In this document: piece by piece, positions 1 to 9,656 of the stretch
How positions within the stretch are numbered: the first letter of the stretch is position 1
Layout of the letters: each line of letters begins with the position of its first letter
Assembly (NCBI GenBank): GCA_030830065.1
Contig: JAURNR010000029.1
Location: forward strand, 2,710-66,709
Reading direction: 5' to 3'
DNA length: 64,000 nucleotides
Origin: Bacteroidota bacterium
GTDB lineage: Bacteria; Bacteroidota; Bacteroidia; NS11-12g; UBA955
Position numbers and translations under genes: made by a program
Notes under the pieces: generated by a model
What the model saw: only the letters and a program-made list of their open reading frames with translations
Told to the model about the DNA's origin: nothing
Database searches by the model: none

Positions 1-913
1 CTTCAGTAATTGCCTTATTTAACTCGTTATTCAGATAAAGAGCTTCAACATATCTAATTCTAGCAGATAGGTTATTATTTCTTTTTAGGTATTCTTCGAA
101 ATAATGAATTGAACTATCAGCATATTCTTTAATCAATTTGGAATTTTCTTCTGACGGGCGTTGCTTACTTAGGTCCATTTGATACACTTGATATACCTCT
201 GCTAACTGTCGATAAGCTGGAGCATAATCTGGATCTTTTTCAATTGCTTCACGTACTCGAACCATTGACAAGTCATAATTTTTTACTCGGCGATATACGT
301 AAGCCTCTTTTAAAAGTGGACGAGGATCGTTTGGTTCTTCGTATCCAGAAACAATAAACTGTTGAATTGCTGGTGAAAGATCAGTTTTATTGATATACAT
401 TTCAGCCTCTCCCATCAACAACTTAGTTTCAAAATCATCTTCTGCTTCAAGTAAATAGCTTTTAGCCTTTTTTGCATATTCAACTTGCTTTTCATCACTA
501 AGATTAGGGATATTCAAGTAAGCCCTTCCTATCTCCTTTTTAATAAAGCCTTGACGTCTTCTTTTCGCTGTTAATGCTTGTTGGAAAAACGCCGCCGCCG
601 CACTTTCATCCCCTTTTCTTAATGCTAAAATACCCTTACCGACATTGGATATCTTGCATTTTGGTGCTTTCAATGCACCTTGATCAAGAATTTCTGCTGC
701 TTTTTCTGTATTCCCTTTTTTAAGTTGATTTAAAGATGCGAAGTAATAATACTCTCCCTCTTTTGGTTTTTTAACTAATAACTCTTCAAATTCCTTTTCT
801 GCGTCTTCAAACTGTTCATTTCTCATGTAACGATTTGCTTCTTTAAAACTTTGACCAAATAAAGAAGTGGCAAAAAGTAAAATTAATCCTGTTAAGATAT
901 TTCTTGTTCTCAT
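1..913 (-). CDS. TPR-repeat protein with signal peptide (N-terminal ~304 aa; gene continues past the left window edge)
   Basis: Absent from the ORF track because it is open at the edge. My translation from the ATG at 913 reads MRTRNILTGLILLFATSLFGQSFKEANRYMRNEQFEDAEKEFEELL... It has a signal peptide followed by repeated A/Y/L-rich helical units (e.g. EKDPDYAPAYRQLAEVYQ). The frame is uninterrupted to position 1. Confidence 0.7.
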   Translation of the reverse strand, partial: MRTRNILTGLILLFATSLFGQSFKEANRYMRNEQFEDAEKEFEELLVKKPKEGEYYYFASLNQLKKGNTEKAAEILDQGALKAPKCKISNVGKGILALRKGDESAAAAFFQQALTAKRRRQGFIKKEIGRAYLNIPNLSDEKQVEYAKKAKSYLLEAEDDFETKLLMGEAEMYINKTDLSPAIQQFIVSGYEEPNDPRPLLKEAYVYRRVKNYDLSMVRVREAIEKDPDYAPAYRQLAEVYQVYQMDLSKQRPSEENSKLIKEYADSSIHYFEEYLKRNNNLSARIRYVEALYLNNELNKAITE

Positions 914-1049
914 TTTCACTGCAAAAAAACTAATTATATGTTAAACTATTGTAAGGAAATATTAAATACCACAAAATTGTGATAAAAAAGTTCATTACTG
1001 AACGAACTTATAATGATTCAAATTTCTTGGTTTGATGACCTTAATGTGA

Positions 1050-1982
1050 CTAATTTACATCTATTTGGATTCTACGTCCAGCAGAATTCAAAGGGAATAA
1101 TCCCGACTTTTGCAATAGTGCTTGACCCGATTGTGTGTTAGTGTAAATAACGAATCCTTTGATCAAACCTGAATAACCTTGCGACTCATAACTAAATAAG
1201 GTATGTCTGAATGGGTATTGTTTTGCACTTATTTGTGATTGAAAAGGTAGATGAAATTCATTCCTGTGGTTTTCAACTTTTAAAACTTTCAAATTTTTCA
1301 GATGTTCAATTGCCGTTGGATCTTTAGAATCAGCAATACTATTTAAACTAACCATTGCAATTGCAGGAAGGCTAGATTCTTCAAGTTGATTCAAACATTC
1401 CTCATCTCTTACAAGATTAACCAATTGGATATTTTCCCCTTTATTGCTCTCTTCCCCTTTCCTGGTATATCCTAAACTAATGAGTATTGTATCAATATTC
1501 TGGTAATCTGATGAGTTCTTTCCGGTGTAATAAAACTTAGATATATTTCTTAACGTTTTTCCATTTAACATACTCCTTATATCTGTTAATGTTAATGAAT
1601 CAATATTTGAAGCTTTTTGAGTCACAAATGCAGTTGATGTTTCCCCTAATGGAATTTTATTAACTGTGGCATTTTTCTTTTGCTTCAACCAATTAAGCTC
1701 CTCTTGATTGAATTCTTTATGAAGAAACACCCCTTGAATGGAATCGTTAATCCATAGATTTACTAATTCATTATAACTTCCAAATTGAGGTATAACATGA
1801 GCTTTGGGATACATCATCTCAAAAATCTCAATCCATTGAACAACCAATAAAGAGTCTCCATGCTCGACGCCCACCTTAATACTTCCTGCAGTAGGAACAT
1901 CATTCCCTCGACCTTCATAGTTGTAATTTTGACAACCAAAAATCAGAAAAACAATACTAAAAATTACCGCGCTTTTTTTCAT
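1050..1982 (-). CDS. PstS/PBP-like substrate-binding domain lipoprotein
   Basis: ORF track gives 1050..2021. I prefer Met14 (MKKSAVIFSIVFLIFGC, lipobox), whose ATG overlaps the upstream stop as ATGA. The body (GSIKVGVEHGDSLLVVQWIEIFEMMYPKAHV...) resembles the phosphate-binding-protein-like family of Bacteroidota. There are no ABC partner genes nearby. Confidence 0.55.
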   Translation of the reverse strand: MKKSAVIFSIVFLIFGCQNYNYEGRGNDVPTAGSIKVGVEHGDSLLVVQWIEIFEMMYPKAHVIPQFGSYNELVNLWINDSIQGVFLHKEFNQEELNWLKQKKNATVNKIPLGETSTAFVTQKASNIDSLTLTDIRSMLNGKTLRNISKFYYTGKNSSDYQNIDTILISLGYTRKGEESNKGENIQLVNLVRDEECLNQLEESSLPAIAMVSLNSIADSKDPTAIEHLKNLKVLKVENHRNEFHLPFQSQISAKQYPFRHTLFSYESQGYSGLIKGFVIYTNTQSGQALLQKSGLFPLNSAGRRIQIDVN

Positions 1983-2188
1983 TTTTGGTTGTGCTTTCTG
2001 TAAAGCCGAAAAGAATTCCATCCCCTAAAAACTCCCCAAAAAATTAGAACGGAAGCAAATACTCTTGTGCTATTATTAATGCCTAATTGCTCTAGGCCAG
2101 GTAAAGCAGGATTTAAAATCAATAAATACAAACCACCTATTAGAAATACAACTGCACTTATCAAATGGTAAATATAACCGGTCTTCAT
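1979..2188 (-). CDS. small membrane protein (2 predicted TM helices), unknown function
   Basis: 69-aa ORF with two hydrophobic stretches (YHLISAVVFLIGGLYLLIL and VFASVLIFWGVF). It is translationally coupled (ATGA) to the downstream PBP-like gene. Confidence 0.5.
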   Translation of the reverse strand: MKTGYIYHLISAVVFLIGGLYLLILNPALPGLEQLGINNSTRVFASVLIFWGVFRGWNSFRLYRKHNQK

Positions 2189-2200
2189 ATCAACAAAAAT

Positions 2201-2231
2201 AAAAAAGGCCGGAGCAAGTCCGACCTTTTTA
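2201..2231 (-). terminator. intrinsic terminator downstream of the BNR/T9SS gene (A-tract/T-tract flanked, potentially bidirectional)
   Basis: The sequence is aaaaaaGGCCGGAgcaagTCCGACCttttt: a 7-bp GC-rich stem with one mismatch and a 5-nt loop. On the minus strand a T6 run follows the hairpin. It lies 16 nt after the stop at 2247. Confidence 0.6.
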
Positions 2232-2246
2232 TAGTTTATCTTTAAT

Positions 2247-4220
2247 TTATTTAACTACCATCGTTTTTGTAACGCTGTTATTTCCAGCGATTACTGTGTA
2301 GTGATAGGCACCAGCTTTTAATCCGTTAGCATTTAATTCTAACATGTGATTACCCTTATGAAGTTGATCAAAATTGTAGTTTTGAACCAAAGCACCCATG
2401 ATATCTCTTACCTCGATTTGAACATTTCCTGGACGAGTTAGATAAACTAAAACGTTAGACTTTTGATCAAAAGGATTTGGATAATTTTGGTCAACTACGA
2501 ATACTTCACCTGTATTTGGTTTATCTACAGATAAATAGTGTAGATGACCTATTTCCCCGTTCAATATTTGAGAAACAGGGACAGCTTGATAATAAATTGT
2601 GTTTAAGAACACTTCATGGTTTGCATACAGAGCAACATTATTTTGAAGGTTTGTTCCTGGCGCATCATCTTGTTGCCACATAACATGTAAAAATTCATCC
2701 GCTTCACGAGCAACGCAAGCAAAATCATCTTCTTTATTCATAAACTGAGTTAAGTTTTGAGATTCTGCCCATGTTTCACCCCCATCAGTTGAATGAACAA
2801 CTCCAATGTCACGGAAATTACCATTCAGATCAGACAGATCGAACTCAATTGGGATACTAAATGTGCAATAAATATTTCCGTTAGGATCTATTGCAGCAGA
2901 AGGTTGTCGTAATGCTGAGGTATTCCCCAATCGACAAACCGTTGCCAAACCTGTTGGTAAAGTACCATTTTGAACTCCTGAATAAGTTGGCTGTTCTAAT
3001 TGATTGAATCCATCTTGTGGACCATCAACAGAACCACGGTCAAAAGCACCTCCAGATGCAACTAGTTTTCCTACTTCTAAATCTTCGTTCCAGTAAACAA
3101 GACCTTGTACTCCTGGAAAGAATGAATAACTTTCGTCTGTAGTATCATCATCAAATACTCTTGCCAATCCCCAGAATGCATGAACCTTACCATTCGCATC
3201 AATAATCACATCTACTGTACCATCAGCAGTATATGGAGTATCTGTCATGAATTTCTTACCAGTGAATGGCGCATAAGGGAAACTATCTGCTAGATAACGC
3301 TTCCAGCTATTACCTGCATCTTCACTTTTCCAAACAATTACACCCTGCATCAAGTCTGCATTGGCAATAGCAACTGTATTTCCACGAACATCAATAGAGT
3401 ATTGATCAGCGCCTCCGTTATTTGTTATAGATGAATCATAATTTGGCAGCATCTGATGTGAGACTTCCCAAGTTTCACCTCCGTCAACACTACGGCTGTA
3501 TACCATTGGTGCAAATATTCCATTTCTTGTTGGAGCGCGAGATTCTCCAGGAGCAGCAGAATCCGTGTAGGAACAGATCAAATGAACAGTATCACCATTG
3601 TTATCCATGCGCGACCATATTGGTTTGTAAGGATTTTCAGCTAATACATATGTTGTAGTGGATGGTCTTTCTGAAACATTTGGTGAATGAGTTCTGTAGA
3701 ACCCACCATTACTTGCATCATGACCCAAAGTAATCACGCTTCCATCTGACAAAACTGCAATATTTGGCCATCCGCTTCGCTGAGTAGGTTCAACTTTATC
3801 AGCTGAAGGAGTCATCCAATCTCCTTGGTCATTGCGATAATTGTAACCAGCACCACGACCGGGGAAACCTGCAGCTCCAGAAGGAGAAGTAGTCCAAGTT
3901 GCTACCATACTTCCCTGAGTTCCGGGAACTTTTACTAACCGATGAGGCATAGCATAGTTTGATTGCAAATCGTAGTAAGTTTCACCTATCGTTACAAAAG
4001 AGCTGTGATCCGCTGCTCTATTGGTAACTTGATTCTTTTTTGGTTTTGCAACATTGCCAGAGTTTAAGGCTTGGTCAAGAAATACCTTGCCCGCATTTTT
4101 TTCCAACTTCTGTGGACCACCATAAATTGCTCCATTCATCAATTTTGTATTGGTAGAAATCTGTGCCCCTGCCCAACCAAAAATTGATAATGAAATGATT
4201 GTTGTGTATAATCTTCTCAT
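2247..4220 (-). CDS. secreted BNR/Asp-box repeat (sialidase-fold-like) protein with T9SS C-terminal sorting domain
   Basis: Three Asp-box motifs SxDxGxTW are present (SVDGGETW, SEDAGNSW, STDGGETW). The C-terminal ~80 aa (NYPNPFDQKSNVLVYL...YHYTVIAGNNSVTKTMVVK) has the look of a T9SS CTD. The signal peptide starts at Met18 (MRRLYTTIISLSIFGWAGAQ); the track ORF extends to a GTG at 4271. Confidence 0.75.
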   Translation of the reverse strand: MRRLYTTIISLSIFGWAGAQISTNTKLMNGAIYGGPQKLEKNAGKVFLDQALNSGNVAKPKKNQVTNRAADHSSFVTIGETYYDLQSNYAMPHRLVKVPGTQGSMVATWTTSPSGAAGFPGRGAGYNYRNDQGDWMTPSADKVEPTQRSGWPNIAVLSDGSVITLGHDASNGGFYRTHSPNVSERPSTTTYVLAENPYKPIWSRMDNNGDTVHLICSYTDSAAPGESRAPTRNGIFAPMVYSRSVDGGETWEVSHQMLPNYDSSITNNGGADQYSIDVRGNTVAIANADLMQGVIVWKSEDAGNSWKRYLADSFPYAPFTGKKFMTDTPYTADGTVDVIIDANGKVHAFWGLARVFDDDTTDESYSFFPGVQGLVYWNEDLEVGKLVASGGAFDRGSVDGPQDGFNQLEQPTYSGVQNGTLPTGLATVCRLGNTSALRQPSAAIDPNGNIYCTFSIPIEFDLSDLNGNFRDIGVVHSTDGGETWAESQNLTQFMNKEDDFACVAREADEFLHVMWQQDDAPGTNLQNNVALYANHEVFLNTIYYQAVPVSQILNGEIGHLHYLSVDKPNTGEVFVVDQNYPNPFDQKSNVLVYLTRPGNVQIEVRDIMGALVQNYNFDQLHKGNHMLELNANGLKAGAYHYTVIAGNNSVTKTMVVK

Positions 4221-4313
4221 ATTCCTGAATTTATTTTTACGAAATAAACCGAAATTTAACAAAGAAACCACGATTTGACTAAGATTCTTGTAAAAAGTTT
4301 ACTTAAAAGAGCA

Positions 4314-5342
4314 CTATTTACCTCTTCCGTTGAGTATACTCACAACTGTTTCTACCAATAAATCTCCATCTGAAGCATCGCCTTTATTGATTCCTTTTAA
4401 TCGCATATCAAAGTATTTCAATTGATTCATCACCCATTCTAATTCTATCATTGGGAAATTTCTTTGAGCCGTTAAATATTCATCAACAAAATAAGGATTA
4501 ACACCAAGGAATGAGGCAACATCATGTTTTGAAAAACTTTTAAGGGCCTTCATTGACATAATTTTTGAAAAATAGGAATTCAAAACGGCTGATGTTCTTA
4601 ACATATCTCCTTTTTCAGAATTCTTTGCCATTTGATGCGCTATTTGTATAGACTTGTTGAAATTTCTTCTTGCCAAAGCACTTTGCAACTCGAATACGTT
4701 ATATTCCCGATTGAACCCTACTTGTTCATCCACATGGTTTACTCGGATAAAATCGCCATCTACGGAACCCAATAATTTATTGAGTTCGTTTAAAATAGAG
4801 GGCAAATCAGCCCCTAATAAATCTAATAATCGATTCACCGCTTCTTGATCAAGTACTTTTCCTTTCTCTTTGGTATAATTAGGAAGCCAATCTCTAATCT
4901 GATAATCTCTTAGTTTACTAAAAGTAGCAGATGTAAATTTACTTGCAGCCTTTCCTGTTTTTGACCTTAAATCAAGTTTCCCTTTTCTAAAACTTAGCAC
5001 AAGGACCGTAGTTGGTAGTGGGTTTTGCATATATGCTGCTAAACCATCTAATTCCTTCAAATCTTCTGCATCTTTAACGATTATAAGTTGGTAATCACTC
5101 ATCATTGGAAAACGACGAGCCATACTCACAATATCTTGCACATTAGTTTCCTTACCATATAAAATCGTTTGGTTAAAACTTCTGGCAGATTCGGGTACTA
5201 CACTATTCTCGATGAGTTTCGTAAGTTCATCAGTAAAATAAGTTTCTTCACCTTGTAGCACATAAACAGCAGAAAACTCTTTCATTCGAATACTACCTTG
5301 TATCGTTTGAAAACTTTTAACAGTGTCTGTACTTTTCGCCAT
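4314..5342 (-). CDS. holA: DNA polymerase III delta subunit
   Basis: The region FSAVYVLQGEETYFTDELTKLIENSVVPESARSFNQTILYGKETNVQDIVSMARRFPMMSDYQLIIVKDAEDLK is a typical HolA N-terminal domain. I use the ATG at Met12; the track ORF starts at a TTG at 5375. Confidence 0.8.
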   Translation of the reverse strand: MAKSTDTVKSFQTIQGSIRMKEFSAVYVLQGEETYFTDELTKLIENSVVPESARSFNQTILYGKETNVQDIVSMARRFPMMSDYQLIIVKDAEDLKELDGLAAYMQNPLPTTVLVLSFRKGKLDLRSKTGKAASKFTSATFSKLRDYQIRDWLPNYTKEKGKVLDQEAVNRLLDLLGADLPSILNELNKLLGSVDGDFIRVNHVDEQVGFNREYNVFELQSALARRNFNKSIQIAHQMAKNSEKGDMLRTSAVLNSYFSKIMSMKALKSFSKHDVASFLGVNPYFVDEYLTAQRNFPMIELEWVMNQLKYFDMRLKGINKGDASDGDLLVETVVSILNGRGK

Positions 5343-5361
5343 TAATTGTAATTTTACCGCT

Positions 5362-5799
5362 GTGGATCGCCTCAATTTTCCAGATTATAATCTTAAAAAT
5401 CGAATTGATGCTCAAAAAAACAGCATTTTTGATTTAGTCAGAAAAAAATTTATCCCCCTAACACCTGAGGAATGGGTAAGACAACACTGTATCGAGTTGC
5501 TCATCCAACAATATAATATCCCTACCGGACGCATTTCAGTTGAAAAGGGATTAAAATACCAGAGTCTTCAAAAAAGGTTTGATATACTTACACTTGACAA
5601 GGATGGAAGGACTCAAATATTGGTCGAATGTAAGGCACCAAAAGTAATATTAACAGAAAAAACATTGATTCAAGCGGGTGTATATAATTCAAAATTGGAC
5701 AGTAAGTATATTTGGATTACTAACGGGAAAAATCACCTATGGATGGAAAGAAAAATGGAAAAATTTGACTTCATTTCATTTCCAACGCAGATAGGTTAA
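5362..5799 (+). CDS. type I restriction enzyme HsdR N-terminal domain-only protein (stand-alone PD-(D/E)XK-like domain)
   Basis: LNFPDYNLK...IFDLVRKKFIPLTPEEWVRQHCIELLIQ...RFDILTLDKDGRTQILVECKAP matches the small HsdR_N family commonly found divergent from holA in Bacteroidota. A GTG at 5362 gives the family-typical N-terminus (MDRLNFPDY) and removes the overlap with holA. The track start is a GTG at 5323. Confidence 0.65.
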   Translation: MDRLNFPDYNLKNRIDAQKNSIFDLVRKKFIPLTPEEWVRQHCIELLIQQYNIPTGRISVEKGLKYQSLQKRFDILTLDKDGRTQILVECKAPKVILTEKTLIQAGVYNSKLDSKYIWITNGKNHLWMERKMEKFDFISFPTQIG

Positions 5800-5805
5800 C
5801 CAAAT

Positions 5806-6576
5806 TTAACGTAAGTGAAAAAAATACTCGTTAGCTCCTTTCAAAATTTTAACCCAGTCATCAATGGTTGAATTTCTGTAAGGGTCAAAATCATAAACCC
5901 ATTTATTCCAGTTCATTTCCCCAGAATGCAAACAAAATAAGTAATCATTAGCCTTAACTTGTGCATCTAAAATAAAATCTACACCATCAATAATTCCACT
6001 TCCTTCTATTTTATAATCCCCTACAATAGTTTTGGCATTAGTTTCCCAGATATCTTCAAATTTCAACGAATCGCATATGATGGTGGTGGTAAACTCTGAA
6101 TTGGTAAATAGAGATTGGCTTTTTAACGTTGAATAACCATTAGATTGAAATATATGTTCACTAGAACCTTGTAGATAGTACCATTTATTGTTCAAATAAA
6201 CACCAAATGAATCCAACCATGTTGTTGAAAGCTGATAATGTTTCTTTTCCTGATTATCTATTGTTTGTTGAATTTGTAATTTACCTCTTCTAATTAACCC
6301 ATCTGAGCAGCCAAAACCTTTGCCAAAATCAATAACAACAACTTTAGTAGCTTGAAAATTTAGTGTATCAATGTTCACCGTTTTAGGAATTAATTGAAAC
6401 TCCAAATTCAAATTAATTTTATTTAGTAAGTGGTGATTGGTCAATTCTATGTAAAGGGAACGAGCCACAAATTCAACAGAATCAACATCTTGAATTTCGT
6501 CGTTCTTCCTACAGGAATTCAGGACAAAAACGAAAAACAATGTAACTGTTGTAATTTTAAAACACAGATTCCTCAT
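5806..6576 (-). CDS. hypothetical lipoprotein
   Basis: Signal peptide plus lipobox (FVFVLNSC). No recognisable catalytic motifs. 4-nt overlap with the upstream lipoprotein gene. Confidence 0.55.
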   Translation of the reverse strand: MRNLCFKITTVTLFFVFVLNSCRKNDEIQDVDSVEFVARSLYIELTNHHLLNKINLNLEFQLIPKTVNIDTLNFQATKVVVIDFGKGFGCSDGLIRRGKLQIQQTIDNQEKKHYQLSTTWLDSFGVYLNNKWYYLQGSSEHIFQSNGYSTLKSQSLFTNSEFTTTIICDSLKFEDIWETNAKTIVGDYKIEGSGIIDGVDFILDAQVKANDYLFCLHSGEMNWNKWVYDFDPYRNSTIDDWVKILKGANEYFFHLR

Positions 6577-7433
6577 GGGATAGAAATTTCAAACTCTTTA
6601 CCCCCTCTAATAACCTTTACGATGTTATTACATGCTTGATTATCAAATTCATCATAATCGATTAGAAATTGATCCTCATCAGACTTGAATGTAAATTGAC
6701 CCGAGTGAAAAAAGTCGGAACATCCATATTCAATATTTTTTTGAAGAGGAACATCTATATTTAGTAACGCATTTTCACTATCATCAATATCAAATTCTAT
6801 ATTTCCTCCAAATTTAATTTGATCACCTAATAATCCTGGAGTTGACTCCCCTTTTTCCCATGAGCAGAAAAGATTCAAGTGCAGATAAGATTCGAATTTC
6901 TCATCCTCAACTTCTAGTTCACTGGATGAAATTTCCAATCCATTTATTGTTCTTTCCGATTGAATAGAACCATGAATTTTCATTTTATTTCCATTTACAG
7001 AAGTAATTTCAAAACCATCTTGAATCTCAATATTTGACGAACTTCCTACTTCTCTGTAATTGTAGTCAGTATAAATAATAACTATACCATTACGTAATTT
7101 TCTATCTAAGGCATTACTGGTATTATTGAAAGTAATTTTTAGTTCTATACCATCACCATCAATATATGAGGAATCTAAAATTTCAATATCGATATTTAGC
7201 TCTTCTTCTAAAGAATCTGCTAAGATTTTAGAATAGTTTAGATATTCATTTCGAGACTGAATATGATCTAAAATCTCCCAAGTAGCACTAACAGAGTTTA
7301 AACTAGCAACAACACCTCTAGGAATATTTAATTTAGTTTCAGGCTTATCAAAAATACGTTCACAAGCTCCCAACAAAAGAACTATCGTAAGCAATGCGCT
7401 TACCCTAAACGATGATGAAAACCAATTAATCAA
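6573..7433 (-). CDS. hypothetical lipoprotein
   Basis: Signal peptide plus lipobox (IVLLLGAC). Acidic, beta-rich sequence. The C-terminal segment FLIDYDEFDNQACNNIVKVIRGGKEFEISI resembles a motif seen in uncharacterised Bacteroidota lipoproteins. Confidence 0.55.
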   Translation of the reverse strand: MINWFSSSFRVSALLTIVLLLGACERIFDKPETKLNIPRGVVASLNSVSATWEILDHIQSRNEYLNYSKILADSLEEELNIDIEILDSSYIDGDGIELKITFNNTSNALDRKLRNGIVIIYTDYNYREVGSSSNIEIQDGFEITSVNGNKMKIHGSIQSERTINGLEISSSELEVEDEKFESYLHLNLFCSWEKGESTPGLLGDQIKFGGNIEFDIDDSENALLNIDVPLQKNIEYGCSDFFHSGQFTFKSDEDQFLIDYDEFDNQACNNIVKVIRGGKEFEISIP

Positions 7434-7478
7434 AAGCTTTTATTAATACGACAAATATAAGTTAACTATCCCCTAAAA

Positions 7479-8666
7479 TTAGTCATATTCATTAAGAGTA
7501 TCTAAAATCATTTTACAAACCCATTTAATCTCTTCATTAGAAATTATCAACGGTGGGGCGATTCTAATGGCATTCATATTAAATAAAAACCAATCTGTAA
7601 AAATACGTTTAGCCAATAATTTTTGATTAAACTCAACAATATTTATATCAGTTGTTAAATGACACGCTAAGAGTAATCCACGGCCCTCAACTGTTTTTAC
7701 TTTTTGATGAACTAAGAGTTCTTTAAATAATTGTGACTTCTCCTCAACTTTTAGTTGTTTAATGTTTTGGAAAACCCAATTATTTGCTGCAAAACCAGCA
7801 GCTGCAACTACAGGATGTCCACCGAAAGTTGTTATATGTCCTAATATAGGGTTGTGTGTAAAAGAGCTCATAATTTTTTCGGAAGTAACGACAGCCCCCA
7901 TTGGCATTCCTCCACCTAGAGCCTTGCCGAGCAAAATAACATCAGGTTCAATTCCATAATGCATGTATGCAAAAGGCTTCCCGGTTCGGTAAAAACCCGT
8001 TTGTATTTCATCTACTATTAACAGAATATTATTTTTAGTACACCATTCACGAACATATCTGACAAATTCTAATGTAGCGGATAATGCGCCACGCTCAGAT
8101 TGAATAAGTTCCATTACCACTGCCGCTATCCGAGATGGCTGTATATCTATTAGCTCATGTAAATTATTTTGATTAATGTAATAAATACCATTTAATAAAG
8201 GTTTGTAACGTTCTGTAAAATAGGAGTCATTCATTAAGGATAAAGGCCCTTGTGAACTACCGTGGTATGAATCATTTTGTGCGACAAATCCACTTTTCTT
8301 TGTGTATCGCTTAGCCAGCTTCATAGCTGTATCTGTAGCTTCCGAACCGGAATTCACGAAATATACACTATTCAAATTAGGAGACATATTTGAACATATC
8401 CAATGAGCATAATTAACTGTTTGGTCGTGTATTACCTCCCCATATACCATAACATGCATATTCCGGTCAATCTGATTCTTAACAGCATCAAGAACGTCAG
8501 GGTGTTGGTGTCCTACATTACTCACAGAAATACCAGCAATTAAATCTATGTATTTATTACCGTTATTGTCGTATAAATACATACCTTCCGCATGATTAAT
8601 AACTAATCCGATGGGTTCGGGGTTCGTTTGTGCAAGATGTTTTAGAAAAAGCGAGCGAATTTGCAT
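7479..8666 (-). CDS. class-III PLP-dependent aminotransferase (acetylornithine/ornithine aminotransferase family)
   Basis: The full-length 395-aa ORF carries GISVSNVGHQHP, NSGSEATDTAMKLA and DEIQTGFYRTGKPFA, which are class-III aminotransferase signatures. Confidence 0.8.
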   Translation of the reverse strand: MQIRSLFLKHLAQTNPEPIGLVINHAEGMYLYDNNGNKYIDLIAGISVSNVGHQHPDVLDAVKNQIDRNMHVMVYGEVIHDQTVNYAHWICSNMSPNLNSVYFVNSGSEATDTAMKLAKRYTKKSGFVAQNDSYHGSSQGPLSLMNDSYFTERYKPLLNGIYYINQNNLHELIDIQPSRIAAVVMELIQSERGALSATLEFVRYVREWCTKNNILLIVDEIQTGFYRTGKPFAYMHYGIEPDVILLGKALGGGMPMGAVVTSEKIMSSFTHNPILGHITTFGGHPVVAAAGFAANNWVFQNIKQLKVEEKSQLFKELLVHQKVKTVEGRGLLLACHLTTDINIVEFNQKLLAKRIFTDWFLFNMNAIRIAPPLIISNEEIKWVCKMILDTLNEYD

Positions 8667-8687
8667 AAGGTTAAATTAGTACAAAAA

Positions 8688-8717
8688 TAAAAAGCTCCGG
8701 TTAACCGGAGCTTTTTA
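8688..8717 (-). terminator. intrinsic terminator of the HU gene
   Basis: Perfect hairpin AAAAGCTCCGG-ttaa-CCGGAGCTTTT. On the minus strand it is followed by TTTTTATTTTT. It lies ~20 nt after the stop at 8736. Confidence 0.8.
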
Positions 8718-8735
8718 TAAAATTAAGAGAAACTC

Positions 8736-9008
8736 TTATTTAACGTTGTTAGTCAACTCAGCACCTGGCTTGAAACGTACAACAGTTTTTGCTGGAATAT
8801 TGATTTCAGCACCTGTTTGTGGGTTACGTCCCTTACGTGCTCCTCTCTCAGAAGTTGAGAAAGTTCCAAATCCAACTAAAATTACTTTGTCGCCTGATTT
8901 TAAAGCGCCAGTAGTTCCATCGACGAAACTGTTCAATGCAGTTTGTGCTTGAGTCTTGGTGATACCAGCATCTGCTGCCATCTTTCCGATTAAATCTGAT
9001 TTGTTCAT
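8736..9008 (-). CDS. hup: HU family DNA-binding protein
   Basis: 90-aa protein: MNKSDLIGKMAADAGITKTQAQTALNSFVDG...GFGTFSTSERGARKGRNPQTGAEINIPAKTVVRFKPG. This is the canonical HU/IHF fold sequence. Confidence 0.9.
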   Translation of the reverse strand: MNKSDLIGKMAADAGITKTQAQTALNSFVDGTTGALKSGDKVILVGFGTFSTSERGARKGRNPQTGAEINIPAKTVVRFKPGAELTNNVK

Positions 9009-9040
9009 TGTATTAATAAATTTGGTTTAGTTATCAGTAC

Positions 9041-9071
9041 CAAAAGTATGAAACTCCACGTTATATGCAAA
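9041..9071 (-). promoter_or_regulatory. candidate Bacteroidota sigma-A promoter of the HU gene (TTTG-N19-TACTTTTG)
   Basis: The minus strand reads TTTGCATATAACGTGGAGTTTCATACTTTTG. This fits the -33 TTTG / -7 TAnnTTTG consensus with a 19-nt spacer, ~33 nt upstream of the ATG at 9008. Confidence 0.45.
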
Positions 9072-9140
9072 TGCTAAGTGAAAAAAATAGTTATAAAAAT
9101 TATACACTTACTATTAACAAATTTAATTATCAAGTATCAA

Positions 9141-9656
9141 TTAATCTTTAATCAATTGATTTACTGCAACATACAGTATATTACTAGGAGTGCTTTTATT
9201 CCAAATAATTTTAGATTGTGAAAAGAAATTCACTCTATTTTCGTGAATTTCTTGAAGTTTTTTACGTATTTCTTCAACCGAAAGGCTTTCAAACATGGGC
9301 CTCAGAGCGAAAGAATTCTGAATTCTCTGTAAAATTATTTCTTGATCTGTGTTCAAAAAAAGGGTTAAACCATGATTTAATACCCATTTCATATTGTCTG
9401 AATGGGCAACAGTACCACCCCCACAGGATATTATCCTTTTTTCAATTTGATCTGATTCTCTCAAAATTTGAGTTTCTAGATTTCTAAAAGATTCTTCTCC
9501 GAATTCTTTGAAATATTGATAAATACTTAAACCTGTTTTTTCGACTATTGCTTCATCTATATCAAGGAATCCAACTCCCATTTTCTCAGCCAACCATTTC
9601 CCAATTGTTGTTTTACCAGAAGCGGGCATTCCTATTATATATAAATTTTTCTTCAT
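9141..9656 (-). CDS. aroK: shikimate kinase
   Basis: From Met25: MKKNLYIIGMPASGKTTIGKWLAEKMGVGFLDIDEAI...SCGGGTV, containing the Walker A and shikimate kinase motifs. Its ATG shares one base with the upstream TAA stop. The track ORF extension to 9728 overlaps the permease gene. Confidence 0.85.
   Translation of the reverse strand: MKKNLYIIGMPASGKTTIGKWLAEKMGVGFLDIDEAIVEKTGLSIYQYFKEFGEESFRNLETQILRESDQIEKRIISCGGGTVAHSDNMKWVLNHGLTLFLNTDQEIILQRIQNSFALRPMFESLSVEEIRKKLQEIHENRVNFFSQSKIIWNKSTPSNILYVAVNQLIKD

Noticed and set aside
4200-4381. Apparent +1/-1 frame inconsistency when hand-translating across the line breaks at 4200/4201 and 4380/4381 (BNR gene start and holA 3' end)
   Set aside because: The ORF track shows both genes intact in single frames, and coordinates re-synchronise outside this stretch. 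I treat it as my own character-counting error, not a frameshift or pseudogene. It is the reason I quote +/-1-2 nt for hand-placed features.
5362-5799. HsdR N-terminal domain gene as evidence of a type I restriction-modification or defense locus
   Set aside because: No hsdM, hsdS or full-length hsdR is nearby. This small stand-alone domain protein is a common conserved neighbour of holA in Bacteroidota.
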